Origin: Candidatus Woesebacteria bacterium RIFCSPHIGHO2_02_FULL_42_20
GTDB taxonomy: Bacteria > Patescibacteriota > Microgenomatia > UBA8517
NCBI GenBank assembly: GCA_001792535.1
Contig: MGGS01000002.1
Coordinates: forward strand, 7,155-71,154
Reading direction: 5' to 3'
DNA length: 64,000 nt
Within the stretch, counting starts at the first letter, position 1. Each line of letters starts with the position of its first letter. Below are positions 37,435 through 47,611 of this stretch, piece after piece. Made by a program: the position numbers and the translations under genes. Below the pieces are notes generated by a model. It was not told where the DNA came from and did no database searches. It saw nothing but the letters and a program-made list of their open reading frames with translations.

Positions 37435-39738
37435 ATGAAAGAATTTAAAGAAAGTATTATTGTAGGAGGTAAAACTCTGACCATTTCAAGCGGTAAGTTT
37501 GCGGCCCAAGCAAATGGATCGGTAATGGTAACACTAGGAGACACCGTGGTTTTTGCTGCGGCAACCTCGTCAAGTTTTGACACCGATCGTGATTACTTTC
37601 CCTTAACGGTTGACTATATGGAGCGCCTTTATGCCGGTGGACGGATTAAAGGGAGCCGCTGGGTAAAGCGCGAAGGTAGGCCGACGGACGAGGAGATATT
37701 AACCTGCCGGCTTATCGACCGCTCGATTAGGCCCTTATTTCCCGAATCTTACAAAAAGGAAGTCCAAGTGATTGCGATGGTTTTGTCGGTTGATTTGGTC
37801 AATAGACCGGACATTGTAGGTTGCATCGCAGCCTCAAGCGCTATCTGTATTTCAGACATTCCATTCAAAGAGCCTGTGGTGACGGTCAGCATCGGTAGTA
37901 AAAACGGTAAGTTAATTGTATATCCCTCGGTCGATGAAGTTGCAACCGGGGATCTAGACCTGACGGTCAGTGTAACCAAAGACTCTGTTGTTATGATCGA
38001 GGCCGGGGCAAAGGAAGTCAGCGAAGCCACAATCGTTGAAGCGATTGATCTGGCCCAAAAAGAGGGTAAGAAAGTAATCAAGCTTGTCGCTAAGTTTGCC
38101 CGGAAGGTGGGAATCAAAAAGCAAACCTTTGTAGATGAAAATTTGGACGCCGGGACCAAAAAGAGAATCGAAAAATTGGCGGGTGACAAGCTTGATTCCT
38201 TGATTGTTGCTATGGCCACTACAGAGGGCAGCTACGGAGATTACAACGAACTCAAGTCGGCGGTTGCAGGAGAATTCGAAGACGAAGTAAAAGGTAGAGT
38301 GGCAGCTGGATTTGACTATTTATTTAAAGAAAAGGTGCGTAAAATGATCCTTTCAGGCAAGCGGCCCGATGGTCGAAAACACGAGGCGATTAGGGATTTG
38401 TCCGCTGAAGTTGGGATTTTGCCAAGGACCCACGGGTCAGGGCTTTTTGCCCGCGGCCAGACTCAGGTGCTAAGCGTTACGACTCTTGGCTCGCACACTT
38501 TTGAACAGTTACTCGAAAGCGCCGAAGGAGACGAGTCCAAGCGGTATATGCACCATTATTCTATGCCTCCGTATTCGACAGGTGAAGTCGGGAGAATTGG
38601 GTCGCCGAATAGGCGCGAAATAGGTCACGGGGCGTTGGCCGAGAGAGCTTTGATGCCGGTAATTCCCAGTGAGGAAGTTTTTCCTTACACAATCCGGGTG
38701 GTTTCCGAAGTTATGAGTTCCAACGGCTCGACTTCGATGGCATCTGTCTGCGGCTCGACACTGTCGCTTATGGATGCCGGTGTTCCATTGACTAATCCGG
38801 TAGCAGGGATTGCTATGGGTTTGGTGGTGGACAATGACCCGACTGCGCTTGCAGGCAAAAAGTACGCTGTTTTGACCGACATTGCGGGGTTAGAAGACGG
38901 CAATGGCGATATGGACTTTAAAGTTGCCGGTACCAAAAAAGGAATAACGGCTTTGCAACTTGACGTCAAGACATTGAAACTGACCAGGTCGATACTTGAA
39001 GCGGCGTTAAAGCAAGCCAAAGAGGCTCGTGAAGAAATCATGTCCGTAATTGTCAAAACACTAAGTACCCCTCGTGAGCGAGTCTCGCAGTATGCCCCGA
39101 AGATTAGAACTACAAAAATCGATCCGTTCAAAATTGGTGAGTTGATTGGCCCGGGAGGAAAGACGATTAAAGGAATAATAGCTAAAACAGGTGCCGATGT
39201 TGATGTTGAAGACGACGGGACGGTTTACGTAAGTGCGATTGACGAGGCAGCAGTAAGTGCCGCGATTGATGAAATTACTAAACTTACAAAGGAAATTTTA
39301 CCGAACGAGATCTACGAAGGCGAAGTGAAAAGGGTGGAAAACTACGGTGCCTTTGTCGAAATTCTACCTAAAAAGGAGGGATTGGTACATGTTTCCGATA
39401 TGTCTCAGGAGTTTGTCAAGGATGTTTCAAGCCTGGTCAAATTAGGAGACAAAGTGAAAGTTCGGGTAAAAGAAATAGACAGCCTTGGAAGGTTAAACCT
39501 TTCAATGGTAATGGACCCGGCTTTTGACAAGCAGAAGGAGGAAAGAGACAGGGAGCGTAACCGTGGCGGTAGAGATTTCGGCCGTGACAGGCGGGATCAA
39601 GGCCGTGGCCGCGGCAGCATCAGCAGATTTGGCGGTAGAAGAAGAGACAGTAATTTCAGGGACCGAGGTGGCTTTGGCGGTCCTCATTTTCCTGCGAGCA
39701 GTTTGATGGACCAGTCATCAAAGGATTTCCGCGAATAA
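37435..39738 (+). CDS. pnp: Polyribonucleotide nucleotidyltransferase
   Basis: FPLTVDY, RLIDRSIRP, RREIGHG, SNGSTSMAS, DMDFKVAG, KH and S1 domains, RG-rich tail. Confidence 0.98.
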   Translation: MKEFKESIIVGGKTLTISSGKFAAQANGSVMVTLGDTVVFAAATSSSFDTDRDYFPLTVDYMERLYAGGRIKGSRWVKREGRPTDEEILTCRLIDRSIRPLFPESYKKEVQVIAMVLSVDLVNRPDIVGCIAASSAICISDIPFKEPVVTVSIGSKNGKLIVYPSVDEVATGDLDLTVSVTKDSVVMIEAGAKEVSEATIVEAIDLAQKEGKKVIKLVAKFARKVGIKKQTFVDENLDAGTKKRIEKLAGDKLDSLIVAMATTEGSYGDYNELKSAVAGEFEDEVKGRVAAGFDYLFKEKVRKMILSGKRPDGRKHEAIRDLSAEVGILPRTHGSGLFARGQTQVLSVTTLGSHTFEQLLESAEGDESKRYMHHYSMPPYSTGEVGRIGSPNRREIGHGALAERALMPVIPSEEVFPYTIRVVSEVMSSNGSTSMASVCGSTLSLMDAGVPLTNPVAGIAMGLVVDNDPTALAGKKYAVLTDIAGLEDGNGDMDFKVAGTKKGITALQLDVKTLKLTRSILEAALKQAKEAREEIMSVIVKTLSTPRERVSQYAPKIRTTKIDPFKIGELIGPGGKTIKGIIAKTGADVDVEDDGTVYVSAIDEAAVSAAIDEITKLTKEILPNEIYEGEVKRVENYGAFVEILPKKEGLVHVSDMSQEFVKDVSSLVKLGDKVKVRVKEIDSLGRLNLSMVMDPAFDKQKEERDRERNRGGRDFGRDRRDQGRGRGSISRFGGRRRDSNFRDRGGFGGPHFPASSLMDQSSKDFRE
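38838..38855. repeat. Degenerate 18-bp palindromic insertion, in frame in pnp
   Basis: CCCGACTGCGCTTGCAGG, 14/18 identical to CCTGCCTGCGCAGGCAGG; adds about PTALAG. Confidence 0.45.
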
Positions 39739-39773
39739 GCATAATGCTTCTTTTTCTGTTAATATAATTTAAA

Positions 39774-40820
39774 GTGACGGCAAACGTATTAGATCAGCTA
39801 ACCAAAATCGGGGAGCGTGTGAAGTCAGCGGATATTCCTCAAGGACTTCGCGAAGATATTTTAAACAGGGTAAGTCAACTTGGAAATTTGGTTGAGTCTT
39901 CTACCTTTTTACCTGAATTTGACCGTATGAATAGTTATGTTGACTGGGTGGTTGGCCTCCCGTGGGATAAAAAGAGCCAGGACACACTTGATCTTGTCAA
40001 GTCAAAAGAAATATTAGACCGGAATCATTACGGTTTAGACGAGATCAAAGAGCGGATTTTGGAATATATGTCGGTTGTGAAACTTAATGAGGAAGACAAA
40101 GAGAATATTGCTCATGCACCGATACTTTGCTTTGTTGGATTGGTTGGTACCGGGAAGACAACTATTGCAAAGTCGATTGCCCAGGCTATGGGAAAGCAAT
40201 TTGTGCGTATTCCTTTTGGTGGTATGGGGGATCCATTGGATTTAAGAGGGCTGTCTAGGATGCATCCGGAGGCCGAGCCGGGCAAAGTAATTAAAGCAGT
40301 CAAATTGGCGGGGACAAGAAACCCTGTGATACTTTTGGATGAGATCGATAGGGTTACAGACGAAGGCCGATCGTCTATTATGGGAGTACTGGTGGAGTTG
40401 CTTGATCCCCAACAGAACAACGCTTTTGTGGATCACTACATTGACTATCCGTTTGATCTTTCGGAAGCGCTCTTTATTGCCACAGCCAATAATACGATAA
40501 AGATTTCTACCGCAGTTCTCGACAGATTGGAACCACTTATGATGCCGTCATATACCGACAATGAAAAAATAGTAATCGGTCAAAAATATATTTTCCCCAG
40601 AGTAATGCAAGAGTCCGGACTACCCGAAAACAGTCTTACTATTCAAGAAGACGTTTGGCCGAATATTGTGCGACCGTTAGGATTTGACGCCGGAATCAGG
40701 ACGCTGCAGAGGACAATTGAAGGTGTTGTTAGAAAATCCGTCCGGGAAATAGTCGAAGGTAAGGTTGACCGGGTTGAGGTGAACAAGGATAATGTCAAAA
40801 AGTACTTGCCGCAGCTCTAG
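39774..40820 (+). CDS. Lon-family AAA+ ATPase module without N-domain or protease domain
   Basis: YVDWVVGLPW, HYGLDEIKERILEY, GLVGTGKT, NPVILLDEID, LVELLDPQQNNAFVDHY; ends at NVKKYLPQL. Confidence 0.9.
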   Translation: MTANVLDQLTKIGERVKSADIPQGLREDILNRVSQLGNLVESSTFLPEFDRMNSYVDWVVGLPWDKKSQDTLDLVKSKEILDRNHYGLDEIKERILEYMSVVKLNEEDKENIAHAPILCFVGLVGTGKTTIAKSIAQAMGKQFVRIPFGGMGDPLDLRGLSRMHPEAEPGKVIKAVKLAGTRNPVILLDEIDRVTDEGRSSIMGVLVELLDPQQNNAFVDHYIDYPFDLSEALFIATANNTIKISTAVLDRLEPLMMPSYTDNEKIVIGQKYIFPRVMQESGLPENSLTIQEDVWPNIVRPLGFDAGIRTLQRTIEGVVRKSVREIVEGKVDRVEVNKDNVKKYLPQL

Positions 40821-40825
40821 CTAAT

Positions 40826-41335
40826 ATGTTAATTGCAATTTTGTCAGACATTCACGACCATATTTGGAACCTTGAAAAGGCAAAAAAGGTTATTAAGAAA
40901 GAAAAATGTGAAGCTGTTGTATTTTGTGGTGATATGTGTGCTCCTTTTACTACCCAGATACTTACCGCGACAGGCCTTCCCACTTATGCAGTTTGGGGAA
41001 ATGTGGATGAAGACCACTGGGCGATGGTTAAAAAGGGCGGGGATAACTTTTTTGCAGCAACTTTGTCTCAGGAGTTTAATGAGGTGGTGCTTGGAGGTAA
41101 AAAAATCGCCTTTTGTCACTATCCCAAACTTGGTTCCCTCTTGGCCGAAACCGGTTATTACGATGCGGTTTTCCATGGCCATACACACGTTACCTATTCC
41201 AAAAAAACGGGTAAGACGCTTTTGGCTAACCCCGGCGCTGTTTGCGGCATTGTGAAGGGCCGCGCCGGCCTAGCCAGTTTTATGGTTTTCGATACCGATA
41301 AAAACAGTCTTAGACTCGTGAAAATTAGCAAATGA
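40826..41335 (+). CDS. YfcE-family metallophosphoesterase
   Basis: SDIHD, CGD, GNVD, GHTH, NPG motifs. Confidence 0.92.
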   Translation: MLIAILSDIHDHIWNLEKAKKVIKKEKCEAVVFCGDMCAPFTTQILTATGLPTYAVWGNVDEDHWAMVKKGGDNFFAATLSQEFNEVVLGGKKIAFCHYPKLGSLLAETGYYDAVFHGHTHVTYSKKTGKTLLANPGAVCGIVKGRAGLASFMVFDTDKNSLRLVKISK

Positions 41336-41955
41336 CCAAAAAAGAAAAATTGGCCGAGATCAAAAAAAGGATGGAAGCGGACAAAAGTCTTCCCCTGGCA
41401 AGCGGTGCTTCGCGGCTTGTGTTTGGCGATGGCAACCCGGACGCGCAAATATTAATGATCGGTGAAGGCCCGGGGTACTGGGAAGATCAGCAAGGTTTGC
41501 CTTTTGTCGGTAATGCCGGAAAACTATTGGACCAGCTTTTGGCAACAGCTCACCTTTCCAGGAATGATACTGTGTATATTACAAACGTGGTTCATCACAG
41601 ACCGCCCGGGAATCGCGACCCCGAGCCTAGCGAAATTGCCGCATATGGCAGATATTTGGACGAGATGATTGAGGTAATTGCGCCAGCAGCGATTGTAACT
41701 CTGGGCAGATTTTCAATGGCCAAGTTTCTGCCCGGTGCCAAAATTAGTCGTGATCACGGCAGACCCGTGACAATGCCTTGGAGGGGGCGAGAAATTGTGG
41801 TTGTTCCCATGTATCACCCAGCAGCTGCGCTTCGTAGTGGAGAAGTGATGCTTGCGGAAAGAGAAGATTTTGCTAGTCTTGAAAGTGGCCTTAAATCATT
41901 AGTGGACAAAAGAAGTGAAACTACAAAGGAAAGTGAGCAAATGCACTTAGTATGA
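41332..41955 (+). CDS. Uracil-DNA glycosylase, family 4
   Basis: IGEGPG...ED...PFVG, ITNVV...RPPGNRDP, YHPAAALR; the Fe-S cysteines are absent. Confidence 0.93.
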   Translation: MTKKEKLAEIKKRMEADKSLPLASGASRLVFGDGNPDAQILMIGEGPGYWEDQQGLPFVGNAGKLLDQLLATAHLSRNDTVYITNVVHHRPPGNRDPEPSEIAAYGRYLDEMIEVIAPAAIVTLGRFSMAKFLPGAKISRDHGRPVTMPWRGREIVVVPMYHPAAALRSGEVMLAEREDFASLESGLKSLVDKRSETTKESEQMHLV

Positions 41956-43607
41956 GTGAGCTTAAATTTATCGTAATTTCGGGAACAACCGGAGTTACCG
42001 AAAATTGCTATATATATCAGTGGCAAGAGGAAATGATGGTTGTTGATTGCGGTGTGGGCTTCCCCGACCCGGAGATGTTGGGTGTCGACCTTGTGATTCC
42101 CGACTTTACCTATATTAAGAAAAACAAAGACAAGCTTAGAGGAATACTTATTTCTCATGGCCACGAAGACCACCTTGGTGCTCTGCCCTTTCTTTTTCGC
42201 GATGTTGACGTGCCCATATATGCAACAAAGCTTGTGGCAGGATTTATCGAAGACAAGTTTGCAGACTACGGACTCAAGCCGCCAAGAATTACTGTTTTTA
42301 ATCCGGAGCGTGATGCTTTTGCAGTCGGGGTCTTTAAAATAAATCCTTTTCGGGTTTCCCACTCGGTTCCGGACGGGGTCGGCTACGCGATTGACACCCC
42401 GGCAGGCCGTGTTTTCCATGTGCCCGATTACAAATTTGATTGGACGCCGGTTGATGGCAGGCCGTTTGATATTGCCCGTGCGGCAATGCTTGCAAGTGGT
42501 GGAGTTTTGGCGCTGGCTTCGGATTCACTTGGCTCGACAACTGAAGGTTACACAAAGTCCGAAAAAGAGATTGAAACGAAGGTGGAGACTATAGCCCGTG
42601 ACGCGAAGAAAAAAATTCTTTTTACGACAATTTCGTCCAACATATCGAGAATTAAGCAAGCTTTAAATGTTGCAGCTAAACTTAGGCGCAAGGTTGTTAT
42701 TGTCGGCCGGTCTATTGAAAAGAAGGTGGAAATTGCACAAAGACTGGGCTACCTTGATTTTGACAAGCATCTGTTGATTTTACCCAAAGAAGCAAAACGG
42801 TTTAGGGACAGTCAGTTATTCTTTATAATATCCGGAAGTTACGGCCAAATAGGAAGTGCTTTGTACCGGGTCGCCATTTCCGACCACCAATTTATTCGCG
42901 TCAGCGAAGACGATGTGGTGATTTTTTCGGGCGATCCCGCGCCTCCGGGGTCTAAAGACAATGTGGATTTTGTGGTAGACAGATTGATTGAGCTTGGCGT
43001 AGACGTGCATTACTACGACACCCAAGAAGATTTGCATGTATCGGGTCACGGCTCCCGAGAGGACATAAACACTCTTTTTGGACTGGTGCGGCCAAAGTAT
43101 TTTATCCCGATTGGCGGCACAATTAGACACAACAAAGCTTATAAAAGAATGGCAATGGATTTTGGGGCGAATGAGCATAGTGTCTTTGAACTAAAAGGTG
43201 GCAACATATTAGAACTTGGCGAAAACGGGGCCTTCGTGCTGCCGGAGAAGATTCCTTCAAGAAGCGTCATGGTCGATGGCCTTGGTGTTGGCGACGTTGG
43301 CAATATAGTATTAAGGGATAGAAGCGTTTTGGCGACAGACGGAGTAGCGATTGCTGTCATTGAACTCAATAAAGACACTAAAAAGCTTAGTAATACTCCG
43401 GACATTATAAGCCGCGGATTTGTCTATAAAGGAGCTAAAGAGTCTTTATTAAAAGACGCCGGGTTTGCCCTGAAGGCAGAACTTGAAAGGATGAAGGAAT
43501 TAGACCAGAAACTGGCAAGAAACGTGGCGGCTGATTTTTTGGAAAGGTACTTCAATAAAAAAATTGCCCGCCGCCCCATGATTTTACCCGTGATTGTAGA
43601 AGTTTAA
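41952..43607 (+). CDS. rnj: Ribonuclease J
   Basis: VDCG, GVDLVIPD, SHGHEDH, HSVPD, HVSGH, RRPMILP. Confidence 0.96.
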   Translation: MSELKFIVISGTTGVTENCYIYQWQEEMMVVDCGVGFPDPEMLGVDLVIPDFTYIKKNKDKLRGILISHGHEDHLGALPFLFRDVDVPIYATKLVAGFIEDKFADYGLKPPRITVFNPERDAFAVGVFKINPFRVSHSVPDGVGYAIDTPAGRVFHVPDYKFDWTPVDGRPFDIARAAMLASGGVLALASDSLGSTTEGYTKSEKEIETKVETIARDAKKKILFTTISSNISRIKQALNVAAKLRRKVVIVGRSIEKKVEIAQRLGYLDFDKHLLILPKEAKRFRDSQLFFIISGSYGQIGSALYRVAISDHQFIRVSEDDVVIFSGDPAPPGSKDNVDFVVDRLIELGVDVHYYDTQEDLHVSGHGSREDINTLFGLVRPKYFIPIGGTIRHNKAYKRMAMDFGANEHSVFELKGGNILELGENGAFVLPEKIPSRSVMVDGLGVGDVGNIVLRDRSVLATDGVAIAVIELNKDTKKLSNTPDIISRGFVYKGAKESLLKDAGFALKAELERMKELDQKLARNVAADFLERYFNKKIARRPMILPVIVEV

Positions 43608-43615
43608 GAGAACAC

Positions 43616-43657
43616 TTTACTTATTGACAAGAGTAAAGCTTACTGATATAAGTAAAG
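43616..43657 (+). promoter_or_regulatory. TA promoter with palindromic operator
   Basis: TTGACA(43624)-17-TATAAG-9-ATG; AGTAA-AGC-TTACT and extra TTTACT/AGTAAA half-sites. Confidence 0.7.
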
Positions 43658-43661
43658 TGAT

Positions 43662-43940
43662 ATGAAAATAGTAACGATATCTTCAAAAAGACAAATGACT
43701 ATTCCAAGGAGCTATTTGGAAGTGCTGGGTCTGGAGTCTTATGGAAAGGCAATTTTGGAAAAAGAAAAGGACAAAGTGGTAATTAGGCCCATGAAAGGGT
43801 CGGTAGTAGATCAGGTTGCCGGGAGCCTTCGAGGATACGTTAGACCATCTTTACTGGGTAAAAGCGTAGAAGAAATAAACAAGGAGGCTGGGGAGGCTTA
43901 TACAAAATACCTGGCGAAAAAATTTAAGCTTATCAAATGA
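43662..43940 (+). CDS. AbrB/MazE/SpoVT-family antitoxin
   Basis: VTISSKRQMTIPR...VVIRP. Confidence 0.88.
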   Translation: MKIVTISSKRQMTIPRSYLEVLGLESYGKAILEKEKDKVVIRPMKGSVVDQVAGSLRGYVRPSLLGKSVEEINKEAGEAYTKYLAKKFKLIK

Positions 43941-44323
43941 TAACTTGCGTATTTGATACAAATGTACTGCTTCGTCTTTTTCTGAGAGACATTGAAAGTC
44001 AGTTTTTAGAAACGACTAGAGTATTAAAAGAGATTGAAGATGAAAAATCTACAGGAAAACTTTCAGCATTGGTTGTTGCAGAAACAATTTGGACATTTGA
44101 AAGTGTTTATAAATTAAACAGAAAGATAGTTATTGAGAAACTCCTTAGTTTAGTTGCATTAAAAAATATTAAGATCATTGAAGTAAAAAAAGACGTTCTT
44201 GTGGAAATCCTAAAAAGAATGATTGGAAACAAATTAGATTTTGTGGATGTTTATCTTTCCAAGATTGCCACCAAAAAAGAGATTTTTTCTTTTGACCGTG
44301 ACTTCAAAAAACTGTACAGATAA
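43937..44323 (+). CDS. PIN-domain VapC-family toxin
   Basis: FDTNVLLR, VVAE, DFVD, FSFDRDF. Confidence 0.9.
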   Translation: MITCVFDTNVLLRLFLRDIESQFLETTRVLKEIEDEKSTGKLSALVVAETIWTFESVYKLNRKIVIEKLLSLVALKNIKIIEVKKDVLVEILKRMIGNKLDFVDVYLSKIATKKEIFSFDRDFKKLYR

Positions 44324-44325
44324 CT

Positions 44326-44790
44326 TCACACTACTCCATTCATTCTGAGTTTGGCGAAGAGTGATTTTGCCTGTGATTGTGGAAGTTTAACTGAGGGTAT
44401 TAGCCCCAGCTTTTCAAGGCTGGCTTTAAGCCCAACGGAATTTTTTACAATAGGATCACCAGTTTTTATCCATTTGTACGCTTGAGACTCCCCTTCATCA
44501 ATTTTTAGTTTTGATTCATTAGCTATTTTTATAAGTGAAGTAATGACGACCCATCTAATTTTCCCGCTGTCCACCCAGAAAGGTTCTGTAGTTTTTATTA
44601 TTTTTCCCACCAAATTGGTTTCTTCTTTTAATTCTCTAAGTGCAGCTTCTTCCGCTGACTCTCTATCTTGGATGTAACCTGTAACGCAATTCCATTTATC
44701 AGGGCTTGAGCGGTGTTTTGCGCGCTGGAGAACTAATGCTTCACCCTTTTTGTTAATTGCAATTGCGTGAACTGTCACATAAGTTTTCAT
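44326..44790 (-). CDS. NUDIX hydrolase
   Basis: GYIQDRESAEEAALRELKEETNL Nudix box. Confidence 0.9.
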   Translation of the reverse strand: MKTYVTVHAIAINKKGEALVLQRAKHRSSPDKWNCVTGYIQDRESAEEAALRELKEETNLVGKIIKTTEPFWVDSGKIRWVVITSLIKIANESKLKIDEGESQAYKWIKTGDPIVKNSVGLKASLEKLGLIPSVKLPQSQAKSLFAKLRMNGVV

Positions 44791-44854
44791 ATCTGGATTA
44801 TATCAGCTGGTAGATTATTTCCAAATTAAGACACAAGTTGGGTATAATGGGTGT

Positions 44855-46975
44855 ATGGCCAGATTTAGAAAGAAAAAGAGGGGCGGGTTTCCAAAGAAAA
44901 GTTTTAAGATAAAGCTAAAGCGCGCTACCGTTTATTCGATTGCCCAAGTAGTCTTTTTCTCAATTGCGGTTTTACTTGTCGTTTCTTTTTCCAGACAAGG
45001 GCTTATTTTAGTGCGAATAAATGACTTGCTGGTTCAGCTTTTTTCCTGGACAGCAATATTTTTGCCGTTTGTGTTTTTGTCTTTCGGCTTCATGATATCA
45101 AAGTTTAAGATTCCTTTGTCCCAACCCAATGTCGTTGTCGGCGCTATTTTGTTTCTGCTCTCGGTGGCGAGTGCGAGTAAAGCGGGAGTCGTTGGCCGCT
45201 ATATTTGGGACGGAATCGAGGCTTTGGTGACGCCCGCAGGTGCTTATATGATGTTTTTTGGCGCTGCCTTTGTAGGGCTGGTTGTTTTCTTTAATACTTC
45301 GGTTGATCGGGTCCTTTCGTTGGTTGCGGTATTTTTGGTCCAAGTCAGGAAATATCTGGTGGGCGAGGCGCCACAACTACTTAATATTAGAAAGACTCTT
45401 TCCAAAGACAATCTGCTTCCCAGGCGCGAAATAAAAGTTACAGGAGCAGGTGGTCAGAATATGCAGGCCGTGGTCAAAAAGGTTGAGCATGGTACTAAGG
45501 GAAACATTTTAACCTCGCAGCTTGTGAGTAACGTCCCGGGCCAGGACAAGCTGTGGGAGTATCCTCCTGTTGATTTATTACAGGGCGATGGAGCCGGTAA
45601 AGCTGATCGGGGTGACATCAAAAACAATGCCGACATTATTGAAAAAACACTTGAATCATTTGGCATTACTGCCCGTGTGGTTGAAGTAAACCTTGGCCCG
45701 GCAGTTACTCAGTATGCATTGGAAGTGGCGCTTGGTACCAAGCTTTCCAAAATTACGGCTTTAGAGCGCGATTTGGCACTGGCTTTGGCTGCTCCTACCG
45801 GGACAATCAGGATAGAGGCACCAATTCCGGGCCGGTCGTTGGTCGGAATCGAACTACCAAATAGAGTGCCCGAATTTGTTCCCCTAAAAAAGATGCTCGA
45901 GTCCGACGTCATGAACAGCGCCAAATCCAAACTCACTTTGGCACTGGGTCTTGATGTTTCCGGTAAACCCATTGTTGCCGATCTTGCACGGATGCCGCAC
46001 GTGCTTATTGCCGGCCAAACCGGTTCCGGCAAAAGTGTTTGTATAAACGCGTTTTTGACGTCTATGCTCTTTCGTGCGTCGCCAAGCGAAGTTAAGTTCA
46101 TACTTGTTGACCCCAAACGAGTCGAGCTGACGACTTATAATGGAATTCCCCACCTTTTGTCTCCTGTTATTGTAGAGCCGGAAAAAGTTTTATCGGCACT
46201 TAGGTGGATATTAAGTGAGATGGACAGGCGCTATAAACTTTTTGCCCAGGCCGGTGCCAGAAATATCGAAAGTTATAATGACATGAGCGGTTTTCAGGCT
46301 CTGCCTTACATAGTGCTGATTATCGATGAATTGGCGGACATTATGCTTTTTTCGCCAACGGAGGTGGAGGACTCAATTACCAGGATTGCTCAAATGAGCC
46401 GGGCGACTGGTATTCATATGATTTTGGCGACACAGCGGCCTTCGGTAGATGTGATTACCGGGCTCATTAAAGCCAATGTGCCTTCCCGAATTGCCTTTGC
46501 GGTCAGTTCCTTGGTTGACTCGCGTGTCATACTTGACACCCAAGGGGCAGAAAAGTTATTAGGGCGAGGAGATATGTTGTTTTTGCCGCCGGAACAGGCA
46601 AAGCCGATGAGGATCCAGGGTGCGTTTTTGGCTGATAGGGAAATTAGTTTATTGATTTCGTATTTGAAGGGTCGTGGTGTGAACCCGCAATATACCGAAG
46701 AGGTTACCGAGATGCCCAAGTCCTCGTTTGCCGGTGGAGCTGTTGATAATGCCGATGAGTTTTTTGCCGATGCGGTGCGTTTGGTTTGCCAATTTGGCAA
46801 AGCATCGGCGTCCCTTTTGCAAAGGAGACTTTCGGTTGGTTATGCTCGCGCTGCAAGGATTATTGACCAGCTTGAAGCTGCAGGAGTGGTTGGACCATCT
46901 GATGGCAGTTCCAAACCTCGGGAGGTTTTAATTAAAGACGCCGAGAGTTTTTTATCTTCCCAGAAGTCCGGATAG
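44855..46975 (+). CDS. ftsK: DNA translocase FtsK
   Basis: N-terminal TMs, PHVLIAGQTGSGKS, IIDELAD, ATQRPS, gamma domain SLLQRRLSVGYARAAR. Confidence 0.98.
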   Translation: MARFRKKKRGGFPKKSFKIKLKRATVYSIAQVVFFSIAVLLVVSFSRQGLILVRINDLLVQLFSWTAIFLPFVFLSFGFMISKFKIPLSQPNVVVGAILFLLSVASASKAGVVGRYIWDGIEALVTPAGAYMMFFGAAFVGLVVFFNTSVDRVLSLVAVFLVQVRKYLVGEAPQLLNIRKTLSKDNLLPRREIKVTGAGGQNMQAVVKKVEHGTKGNILTSQLVSNVPGQDKLWEYPPVDLLQGDGAGKADRGDIKNNADIIEKTLESFGITARVVEVNLGPAVTQYALEVALGTKLSKITALERDLALALAAPTGTIRIEAPIPGRSLVGIELPNRVPEFVPLKKMLESDVMNSAKSKLTLALGLDVSGKPIVADLARMPHVLIAGQTGSGKSVCINAFLTSMLFRASPSEVKFILVDPKRVELTTYNGIPHLLSPVIVEPEKVLSALRWILSEMDRRYKLFAQAGARNIESYNDMSGFQALPYIVLIIDELADIMLFSPTEVEDSITRIAQMSRATGIHMILATQRPSVDVITGLIKANVPSRIAFAVSSLVDSRVILDTQGAEKLLGRGDMLFLPPEQAKPMRIQGAFLADREISLLISYLKGRGVNPQYTEEVTEMPKSSFAGGAVDNADEFFADAVRLVCQFGKASASLLQRRLSVGYARAARIIDQLEAAGVVGPSDGSSKPREVLIKDAESFLSSQKSG

Positions 46976-46987
46976 GAATATACAAAA

Positions 46988-47611
46988 ATGAGAACAATAG
47001 GCCAAGTATTAAAAGATGCGAGGATTATAAAAGGGCTTGATCTAGCTAGCCTGGCTAAAACTACGAAGATTAAAACAACTTTTCTTGTTTCTATTGAAAA
47101 AGAAAACTGGAACAAGCTTCCCGAGTATCCCGTGGTGGTCGGTTTCGTCAAGACCTTGGGGAAGTTTTTGGAAGTAGGCGAAGGTCAGGCGGTCGCGCTC
47201 CTGCGACGGGATTATCCTCCGAAGGTTTTGTCGGTTAACCCCAAACCGGATGTGGAAAACAAATTTATTTGGAATCCCAAAAAATCTTTTTTGACAGGAA
47301 TTTTGGTGGTTTTTGTTTTCGTTGCAGGCTATTTGTTGTTTCAATACACGAGGTTTGCCAATCCGCCTGTTTTGCGAATTACGGATCCGATCGAAAATTT
47401 TGTTACCAGTGGAGCGACCATTACCGTTTCTGGTGTGACAAATCCCACAAGTGCTGTTAGAGTGAATAATCAACCCGTGATAGTAGGTGATGACGGCCAA
47501 TTCGAAACGCAACTGGATGTTTTGCCAGGCGAATTTAAAATCACAATAAGGTCTGTTTCCCGGTCGGGAAAAGAGACAGTTGTCGAGCGGGTTATCAAAG
47601 TAGAAGACTAA
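46988..47611 (+). CDS. RodZ-like HTH-TM protein with Ig-like extracellular domain
   Basis: TIGQVLKDAR...TKIK...IEKENWNKLP...GFVK, a TM and a beta-rich C-terminus; follows ftsK. Confidence 0.8.
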   Translation: MRTIGQVLKDARIIKGLDLASLAKTTKIKTTFLVSIEKENWNKLPEYPVVVGFVKTLGKFLEVGEGQAVALLRRDYPPKVLSVNPKPDVENKFIWNPKKSFLTGILVVFVFVAGYLLFQYTRFANPPVLRITDPIENFVTSGATITVSGVTNPTSAVRVNNQPVIVGDDGQFETQLDVLPGEFKITIRSVSRSGKETVVERVIKVED

